Shown here: one piece after another, positions 56,820-64,000 of the stretch
Layout: each line of letters starts with the position of its first letter
How positions within the stretch are numbered: position 1 is the first letter of the stretch
NCBI GenBank assembly: GCA_947259275.1
Contig: CAMYMH010000001.1
Span: forward strand, 108,287-172,286
DNA: 64,000 bases
Source of the DNA: an uncultured Acidimicrobiaceae bacterium
GTDB lineage: Bacteria > Actinomycetota > Acidimicrobiia > Spongiisociales > SHLN01
Direction of reading: 5' to 3'
The notes under the pieces: generated by a model
The model's database searches: none
Told to the model about the DNA's origin: nothing
Seen by the model: only the letters and a program-made list of their open reading frames with translations
Program-made: the position numbers and the translations under genes

Positions 56820-56974
56820 AAGCTCGATCGACGGGCCGTTCGCCTGCTGCCGAAAGCGGCCCGTCGGGGGTCGGCGGCGGGTCTCCCCGACTGCTGAAAT
56901 CGCCCCGTCAGAGCCCTTTGTGAGATGTGTAGGATCGATCGTGAGGTCAAATACTCGACCAGGAAGGCCACCTC

Positions 56975-58756
56975 ATGGTTCAGATGCGAGGCAGTGATCT
57001 GGTTGTCGAGTACCTCGTCCGCGAGAAGGTCCCGTACCTATTTGGATACGCGGGGCATGGCGCGGTCGGGCTGCTGGATGGCGTATACGATCGACAGGAC
57101 GAGATCAAAGTAATCTTCCCCCGGATTGAGACCGGCGCCGGATACATGGCAGACGCTTACTTCCGAGCGTCCGGTCAGGTGATTCCGGTGTACACCTCAA
57201 CCGGCCCGGGTCCGATGCTCCTAACTACTGCGATGGCGAACGCGTTCTACGACTCGTCGTCGTTCATCGCCATCACCGGCCAGGTCGCCACCAACCAGTA
57301 TGACTCCGGCGCCCTGCAGGAGGAGTACCGGCATTATCAGGCCGACTTTCCCAGCCTCGCCAGGCAAATCTCCAAGCGCAGCTTTCAGGCACAAACCGTT
57401 TCCGACCTGGCCAAGATGCTCCCCAAGGCTTTCAAGCTGGCACGGGAAGGAAGGCCGGGACCGGTTCACATCGACGTTCCCTACGACCTGTGGATCGTGG
57501 AGGAAGACATCGAGATTCCCGAGCCGGCTAATCGTTCGGAGATGCTCAACTGGCGCACTCCCGGCAACGCCGAGGCCGTCGAGGCGGCGCTCGACTTGCT
57601 CATGGGGGCCAAGCGCCCGCTGATCCTGGCAGGCGGTGGTGTCATCGGCGCCGACGCCTCCCCCCAGCTGGAGGCGTTCGCCGAGCACGTCGGTGTCCCG
57701 GTGTACACGACGTTCATGGGCAAGGGCGTCATCTCGGCCGAGCATCCGCTCCACCTGGGGATAGCGGGCTGCTGGGGTGAGTACCCGGCGCAGGAGGCGA
57801 CCCGCAACGCGGACGTCATCCTGGCCATCGGCTGCCGGTTCTCTGACGTGCACTCGTCCTCGTGGGTACCCGGATACACCTACAACATTCCGCCTACCAA
57901 GCTGGTCCACATCGATATCGACCCGACCGAGATCGGCCGTAACTATCCGACCGAGATCGGCATCGTCGCCGACGCCCGCGAGGCACTCAAGCAGCTGCTC
58001 GAGATGGCCGAGCGCAAGGGAGTCAGCCACGACGGAGCCGATTGGCTGGCGCAGATCGAGGGCTACCGGAGCGAGTGGTCCAACTTCATCGAGCCGGAGA
58101 AGGCATCCGACGCGGTGCCGATCGAGCCGCAGCGGGTGATTGGCGAGCTGCGGGGGGCAGCGCCGCGTGACACCTTGATGATTACAGACACCGGCAACCA
58201 TCAATGCTGGGTCGAGCAGTACTGGAGCTCGTACGGGCCCCGCCAGATGTTCACGCCCGGCGGGTTCGCCAGCATGGGCTTCGGAACCTACGGCTCACTG
58301 GGCGTCAAGCTGGCCCGGCCGAACAATCCGGTCGTGTGTGTCACCAGTGACGGGAGCTTCATGATGATGCCCGGGGCAATCGCCACGGCGGTCGAACATG
58401 ACATCCCGGTGGTGTGGGTGCTCTTGAACAACTACACGATCGGGGTCATCCGCGACCTGCAGCGGTTCTACATGGACGGACGAGAGGTCGGAACCAGCTT
58501 CATGAAGCACTCGACCGGAGAGCTGTGGAACCCCGACTTCGTGGGCATGGCGGAAGCCATGGGCGCCTCCGGTGTGACGGTTGACAATCCGGCCGATCTC
58601 GGCTCGGCGTTTGAGACGGCGTTGAGTGCCAACAAGCCGTTCCTCGTCGACGTGCGGATCAATCGCGACTCACCCGTCCCGATCGTCGGAACGTGGCAGT
58701 TCCCGCCGATCACGCAGGTTGAGCCGACGTTCGGTGAGAGTCTGGTCATATCCTGA
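56975..58756 (+). CDS. TPP-binding enzyme (acetolactate synthase/carboligase-like)
   Basis: 'GPGP', 'GRPGPVHID', 'GFASMGFG', 'SDGSF', 'LNN'. Confidence 0.88.
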   Translation: MVQMRGSDLVVEYLVREKVPYLFGYAGHGAVGLLDGVYDRQDEIKVIFPRIETGAGYMADAYFRASGQVIPVYTSTGPGPMLLTTAMANAFYDSSSFIAITGQVATNQYDSGALQEEYRHYQADFPSLARQISKRSFQAQTVSDLAKMLPKAFKLAREGRPGPVHIDVPYDLWIVEEDIEIPEPANRSEMLNWRTPGNAEAVEAALDLLMGAKRPLILAGGGVIGADASPQLEAFAEHVGVPVYTTFMGKGVISAEHPLHLGIAGCWGEYPAQEATRNADVILAIGCRFSDVHSSSWVPGYTYNIPPTKLVHIDIDPTEIGRNYPTEIGIVADAREALKQLLEMAERKGVSHDGADWLAQIEGYRSEWSNFIEPEKASDAVPIEPQRVIGELRGAAPRDTLMITDTGNHQCWVEQYWSSYGPRQMFTPGGFASMGFGTYGSLGVKLARPNNPVVCVTSDGSFMMMPGAIATAVEHDIPVVWVLLNNYTIGVIRDLQRFYMDGREVGTSFMKHSTGELWNPDFVGMAEAMGASGVTVDNPADLGSAFETALSANKPFLVDVRINRDSPVPIVGTWQFPPITQVEPTFGESLVIS

Positions 58757-58887
58757 CGGGATCGTGATCCTGGGCCCGGGCCGCCAGCCCGGGCCCATGG
58801 CGCGGTGGGCGGATCCCTGGCGCGACCGCTCATCGTGACCCAGCCGGGCTATCCTCTGGCCTCGCCGGCGTCATCGCCGTCCGCAGC

Positions 58888-59940
58888 ATGCAAGTCTTCC
58901 CGTTTACGGCCATCGTCGATCAGGGCAACCTCAAGCAGGCCCTGCTGCTTAACGCCGTGAACCCTGCCATCGGGGGCCTGCTGATCAAAGGACCAAGCGG
59001 TACGGCCAAGTCGACCGCCGTGCGCGGCCTGGCCGAGTTGCTACCTGAGATCGAGGTGGTGGCCGACTGCCCCTTCGGTTGTGCGCCGCGGCAACCGTGC
59101 CGGTCATGCCGAGCCCGGGAGGACGCCGGCGAGACGCTGCAGGCGGTGACCCGCCGCCGGCGGGTAGTCAACCTGCCGCTGAACGCGACAGAGGATCGGA
59201 TCTCAGGGACGATCGACCTGACCCGGGCGCTTCGAGACGGCGAGAAGGCCCTCGAACCGGGATTGCTGGCAGAGGCCAACCGGGGAGTCCTCTATATCGA
59301 CGAGATCAACTTGCTGGACGACCACCTGGTCGACGTCCTGCTGGACGCGGCCGCGCTTGGGGTCAACGTCGTCGAAAGAGAGGGTGTTTCGGTGTCACAC
59401 CCGGCCCGGTTCTTGCTGGTGGGCACGATGAATGAGGAAGAGGGCGAGCTGCGGCCACAAATCGCCGACCGTCTCGGGCTGACCATCTCGGCCGCACCTC
59501 TCGACCAGTCGGAGCTGCGGGTCGAGATCATGCGCCGTCGTGAGCGCTTTACCAGCGATCCGAACGCCATGACCGAGGAATGGGCGCCGGCCCAGGCGGC
59601 CCTGGCCGAAGACGTCCGTCGGGCCGCCGAGCTGCTGAGCAAGGTCCGGGTTCCCGACTCCCTCTACACCGCGATCGCCAAGCTCGGCCGCCGGGTCGGG
59701 GTGGGGAGCCACCGGGGCGACATCGCAGTGCTGGAAGGAGCCAAGGCGATTGCCGCCATGGAGGGGCGCACCGAAGTCACCATCGAGGATGTCGTCGCCG
59801 GCGGGGCGCTGGCGCTCAACCATCGCGTCGAGGCCGATCCCTTCGAGACGGTCCGCCAGCTCAATGCCGTCGAGGTGCGCCGGGCACTGGAAGCCATCCT
59901 GGCGGACGAGCCAAAAAAAAAAGCGGTGAAGGGCGGCTAG
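58888..59940 (+). CDS. Metal chelatase AAA+ subunit (ChlI-like), zero-frame product
   Basis: 'FPFTAIV.Q', 'GTAKSTAVR', 'ATEDR', 'EPGLLA.ANRG.LYIDE', 'GELRPQ'; ends PKKKAVKGG*. Confidence 0.92.
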   Translation: MQVFPFTAIVDQGNLKQALLLNAVNPAIGGLLIKGPSGTAKSTAVRGLAELLPEIEVVADCPFGCAPRQPCRSCRAREDAGETLQAVTRRRRVVNLPLNATEDRISGTIDLTRALRDGEKALEPGLLAEANRGVLYIDEINLLDDHLVDVLLDAAALGVNVVEREGVSVSHPARFLLVGTMNEEEGELRPQIADRLGLTISAAPLDQSELRVEIMRRRERFTSDPNAMTEEWAPAQAALAEDVRRAAELLSKVRVPDSLYTAIAKLGRRVGVGSHRGDIAVLEGAKAIAAMEGRTEVTIEDVVAGGALALNHRVEADPFETVRQLNAVEVRRALEAILADEPKKKAVKGG

Positions 59941-60821
59941 CCGAATCGACGGTCGACCTGTCCGAAGTCAACCTCACCATCGAGCGGCTCGAGGTGGACG
60001 CGGAAACAGCTTTCCAACACACGCCGCCGCGCGAGCTCGAACTGGGCGGCCTCGGCAAACGAGCGGCCTCGCTGGTCAGTCGCAGGCGGGGCAAGTACTC
60101 GCGCCACCGCCTGGCGCGGCGGGGTGACACCGACGTCGCCATCGACGGCACCCTGCGGGCGGCGGCAGTCCGATCAGGCGCCCGGCAAACCACCGGCACG
60201 CTCCGACCCCTCCTCGAAGATCTCCGCCGCAAGGTCAGAAGCCATCGGTCCCCACTGGCGGTGGTCTTCATCGTCGACAACAGCTACTCGCTGCACGCCG
60301 ATCGGATGGTCGAGAAGGTCAAGGGCCTGGCGCTCGGGCTGCTGGAGGACGCTACTCACCGGGGCGACCGTGTGGCCTTGGTTGCCTTCAAGGGCGGCAC
60401 CCGGCGGGCCACGGTCGTGCTTCCGCTCACCCGCAGCCGCCGGCTGGCGCAACAAAGGCTGGCCGAGATCCCGCTCGCGAGCGTCACCCCGCTGGCCGAT
60501 GCACTGGTGCGGGCTCGGCGGATTCTGCGCCAGGAGAGGGTCAAGAATCAGAACGCGGTGCCGGCCGTCGTCCTGGTTTCCGACTGCCTGCCGACTGCGC
60601 CTCGCCGGCGGGGAGGCGACCCCATGACCGAGACCATGGAGCAGGCCCGGCGACTGAGACTGGAACAGGTCGTAACAATCGTGGTGGACACCCACCAGCC
60701 CGGGGCGACCGACCGCGGCTGTGGGCCTGAGCTGGCCAGGGTGGCCGGCGGGTCGTGCATCCCTTTCGCCACCCTCGCCCCCGGGTCGCTCGAGCCCTTG
60801 CCGGGGGTGCCGGCGCCCTAG
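58888..60821 (+). CDS. chlD: Full-length ChlD-like chelatase subunit (AAA + vWA) via -1 frameshift at A10 (59913-59922)
   Basis: The -1 frame continues '[12 protein letters not shown]', MIDAS 'FIVDNSYS', 'DRVALVAF', 'TPLADAL', 'VSD'. Confidence 0.78.
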
Positions 60822-62065
60822 TCGGCTACCGGCAGCACCTCGCGTCCCCGGCCCTGCTGGATAAGCGGCAGGTAGTTGTCGACCTCATCCACGGTTGCCG
60901 GGTCGGTCAGATCGACCGTGATGCCGCGCTCGGCCGACATGTAAGCCGCCATCGTCAATCTCACGATCTGGAACCCATAGGACCAATCGAGCATCGGCGG
61001 CCTGCCCGTCGTGAGTGCGTCGACCAGATCGCGAGTTTCGCTGACATACCCGTAGAGGTCCGGTTCATTGGGCTGGACGGCCAGCAAGCCCTGGCTGGCC
61101 GTTGCCTTCTCCAGGGCGAGCTCGGCGTCTTCCACACCGGCGGCGGCCACGCCACCGATGAAAATCTCGAGCGGTGACCGCAACGAGTTGAGCTCGACCG
61201 CGTAGCCCGGTCCCAAGCCGTCGATGAGCAGGCGGAGCCCCTGCTTGTCGTACATCCAGGAGACCGTGAACTGGGCCTTGCTTATCCGATCCGTCTCGGG
61301 ATCCCGGTAGGTGACGATTCCGGTGGCGAAGTCCTCGGCCGGCGTCTCGCCGTAGTCGACTCCGTACTGGTCGAGCAGTTCCCGGCGCCAGCGCGACTGC
61401 CCCCACTTGAGCAAGCCGACCTCGGCATTGACGCTCACCGGAACCAGGTAGTCAACCGGCCGCCCCGGCGGGGTGAGCAGGTACCACCCGACCGCGATGG
61501 AGTGGCATCCCATGTCGGAGAGAACGCCGCCGCCCTGTTGTTGCGGATCCCAGAACCAGGCGTTGTGGGGCCCGGCGTGCTCCTCCGCCGCCCGGGCGAG
61601 TCCAAGCGGTCCCATCGCCTCGGTGATACCGGCCAGCTGGAGGCGGGCCGCCTGCATGGCAGGCAGGTGCAGCTGGTTTTCGAAGAAGGCGGTGGGAACG
61701 CCCACCTCTTCGGCCAGTTCGATCATTCTCCGGGCCTCTGCCAGATTCCTGGCCAACGGTTTCTCGCAAACGACGGCCTTCAGCTGCGCCCCGTCGGACA
61801 CGGCCCGGGCCACGGCCTCCATGGTGGGCACCCGGGTGAAATTGGGCGCGAACAGGGCGACAACGTCCACATTGGCGGCCAGCTCCTCCACGCTGTCGTA
61901 GACGACTCCGGCGCCCAATCCCCGCTTGCGAACCTCGTTTGCCAGCTCGGTCGGCGGGGTGCGCGATGTGACGCCGGCCACCTCGACTCCGCGGACCGAC
62001 TCGAGGGCCCGAAGGTGAAATCCCGCTACGAAGCCGCTTCCAACTATTCCGTACCGAATCGTCAT
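60818..62065 (-). CDS. Gfo/Idh/MocA family oxidoreductase
   Basis: 'GIVGSGFVA', 'CEKPLA', 'GGGVLSDMGCH'. Confidence 0.92.
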   Translation of the reverse strand: MTIRYGIVGSGFVAGFHLRALESVRGVEVAGVTSRTPPTELANEVRKRGLGAGVVYDSVEELAANVDVVALFAPNFTRVPTMEAVARAVSDGAQLKAVVCEKPLARNLAEARRMIELAEEVGVPTAFFENQLHLPAMQAARLQLAGITEAMGPLGLARAAEEHAGPHNAWFWDPQQQGGGVLSDMGCHSIAVGWYLLTPPGRPVDYLVPVSVNAEVGLLKWGQSRWRRELLDQYGVDYGETPAEDFATGIVTYRDPETDRISKAQFTVSWMYDKQGLRLLIDGLGPGYAVELNSLRSPLEIFIGGVAAAGVEDAELALEKATASQGLLAVQPNEPDLYGYVSETRDLVDALTTGRPPMLDWSYGFQIVRLTMAAYMSAERGITVDLTDPATVDEVDNYLPLIQQGRGREVLPVAD

Positions 62066-62253
62066 TCCTTACCTCTCTCGGCGACCGGCTCATTCAAACA
62101 GTGCCCGGGCGTGTTTGCCCAGACGGGGCTGCCCTGGTCCCGGCGAACCACCGTGGGAGAGACTCAGGCGTAGCAACTGGGGATTGGGGCCAAAGGGAGG
62201 CTTCGATATGGTGAGGCGAATCAGCCCCCGGCATTCGAAAGGCGGATGTGAAC

Positions 62254-62943
62254 ATGCCTCATGACTTCCAGATGCCGTCCGCCTACGTGGAACGGGTGAC
62301 GGCGCGTCAGGGACGGCCTCACACCTGCGAGGTCCTCGACGGGCCGACCACCGCCCTGGTGGTCGTCGACATGCAGAAGTACTTCATGGTCGAGCCGTTC
62401 GCCGGGGCCTGCCCAATTGCCAGGACCGTCGTGCCAAACGTGAACCGCCTGGCGACGGCCGTCCGCGCCGCCGGTGGCCGCGTGGTTTGGCTGCAGATGG
62501 CCGCACCCTGGGAGACGGAGACGACTTGGTCGGCGGTCCGCCAGCTGTACACCGAGGGTGCCGCCCGCGCCCGGTGGGGGTCCATGCAGCCCGAGGCGGA
62601 GGGCTTCGAACTGTGGCCGGATCTCGACGTCCAGGCCGAAGATCAGCGGGTGGTCAAGGAGAGATACTCGGCGTTCATTACGGGCTCTTCCGATATCGAG
62701 CCTGTTCTTGATGGTATCGAGACCCTCCTCATCGCCGGGGTTGCCACCAATGTTTGCTGCGAATCGACCGCCCGCGACGCCATGATGCTGAACTACCGGG
62801 TGGTGATGGTGTCCGACGCCAGCGCGGCCGCCACCGATGCCGAGCATGCCGCCTCGCTTGGCAACTTCTATCTTTTCTTCGGAGACGTCCAAACCACGTC
62901 CCAGCTGCTCGACCGCCTGGCGGTGGGAGTCGAAGGGCAGTAG
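62254..62943 (+). CDS. Isochorismatase family cysteine hydrolase (RutB-like)
   Basis: 'VVDMQ', 'KERYSAF', 'GVATNVCCESTARDA'. Confidence 0.9.
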   Translation: MPHDFQMPSAYVERVTARQGRPHTCEVLDGPTTALVVVDMQKYFMVEPFAGACPIARTVVPNVNRLATAVRAAGGRVVWLQMAAPWETETTWSAVRQLYTEGAARARWGSMQPEAEGFELWPDLDVQAEDQRVVKERYSAFITGSSDIEPVLDGIETLLIAGVATNVCCESTARDAMMLNYRVVMVSDASAAATDAEHAASLGNFYLFFGDVQTTSQLLDRLAVGVEGQ

Positions 62944-63034
62944 CCGGCACCTCTGGCAGGTGGGAGCCGCCCGATTGCCGGCCCCGGTCGAGGTCGCCTC
63001 GGGGAGCCGCCGGTGCAATCAATACACTTGATAG

Positions 63035-64000
63035 ATGGCCTCACAGCTCACCAACGGCCGCCGCCGAGAGCTCCACTACTGGATGCGCCTGACGCGTACG
63101 CTTGACGATCGGATCATCAAGCTGTGGCAGCAAGGACGCGGGGTGGGCGCCACCTTCAATCAGCGAGGCCATGAGGCCATCAGTGTCGGGGCGGGAGCGG
63201 CGCTCGGACCTAGCGACGTTGTTGCTCCCATGCACCGTGACCTGGGGTGCTACTTGTTGCGGGGTATGACGCCGGAGCGACTCCTTGCCAACCAGCTGGG
63301 CCGGGCCACGTCGGTCACTCGCGGTCGCGACGGGAACCTGCACGGCTGCGGCGACCTCGACTTGAACATCATCGGCTTCATCAGCCATCTCCCTCACTCG
63401 TTGCCGGTGACGGTGGGAGCCGCTATGTCCTTCACCTACCGCAACGAACCGCGCGTGGCGATGACTTTCGTCGGAGATGGCTCCTCCAACACCGGCCTCT
63501 TTCACGAATCGCTCAATCTGGCGGCCGTGCACAACGCGCCCTTCGTGCTCATCGTCGAGAACAACCAGTATGCGTACTCCACCCCATTGTCCCAGCAGAT
63601 GGTGATCGACGATATTGCCGTGCGCGGCCGGGCCCACGGCGTTCGCGCCGAGATCGTCGACGGCAACGATCTCGAGGCCGTCTACGAGGTGACGTACGAC
63701 GCGGTGGAGCGAGCCCGTTCTGGTGGCGGACCGACCATGATCGAATGCAAGACGATGCGCATGCTCGGCCATGCCATTCACGACGGAGCCGGGTACGTGC
63801 CACCCGACCTGTTGGCCGACTGGGCGAAGCGTGATCCCATTGACCGCTTTGAGGCAACGTTGCTCGCGGGCGGATTGGCCACCCAAGAGGAGCTGGACCA
63901 GGTCGCCGACCGATGCCGGCGGGAGGTGGCGGCGGCAGTCGAGTATGCCGAGGGGTCCGAATGGCCCGATCCGGCGACCATCCTCGACGGGGTCTACGCC
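63035..64000 (+). CDS. TPP-dependent dehydrogenase E1 alpha subunit (runs to the window edge)
   Basis: Absent from the ORF track because there is no stop in the window; manual translation gives MASQLTNG..., 'GHEAI', 'MHRD', 'GDGSS', 'ENNQYAYSTP', 'RMLGHAIHD', ending DGVYA; TACACT 6 nt before ATG. Confidence 0.9.
   Translation, partial: MASQLTNGRRRELHYWMRLTRTLDDRIIKLWQQGRGVGATFNQRGHEAISVGAGAALGPSDVVAPMHRDLGCYLLRGMTPERLLANQLGRATSVTRGRDGNLHGCGDLDLNIIGFISHLPHSLPVTVGAAMSFTYRNEPRVAMTFVGDGSSNTGLFHESLNLAAVHNAPFVLIVENNQYAYSTPLSQQMVIDDIAVRGRAHGVRAEIVDGNDLEAVYEVTYDAVERARSGGGPTMIECKTMRMLGHAIHDGAGYVPPDLLADWAKRDPIDRFEATLLAGGLATQEELDQVADRCRREVAAAVEYAEGSEWPDPATILDGVYA

Overview
High-GC, densely coding bacterial window; it is probably actinobacterial, judging from leaderless TANNNT promoters, Thr-rich lipoprotein linkers and an LPxTG surface protein. 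It holds about 60 genes, mostly catabolic. In order: a large Ig-like repeat surface protein behind a sigma28-like promoter; mltG; an acoX-E1alpha-E1beta-E2 cluster with no E3, followed by an OsmC-like gene with an in-frame TGA at the catalytic Cys position and a SECIS-like hairpin (probable selenoprotein); a Tm-1-like/TIM-barrel pair; a four-gene split molybdenum hydroxylase; a divergent operon (lactonase, Ser-type isochorismatase, ABC transporter, epimerase, RraA-like aldolase, an atypical LarA homologue, a CxxC mini-protein, larEBC); a full hmfABCDE-like furoate pathway; a composite palindromic repeat element; a B12 diol dehydratase (fused large+medium subunit) with a natural Q336A-type substitution; genes for 2-oxoglutarate-funnelling enzymes; and a chlI/chlD gene split by an A10 -1 frameshift. 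No rRNA, tRNA, CRISPR array or transposase was recognised. All calls rest on motif recognition by eye; no database searches were run.
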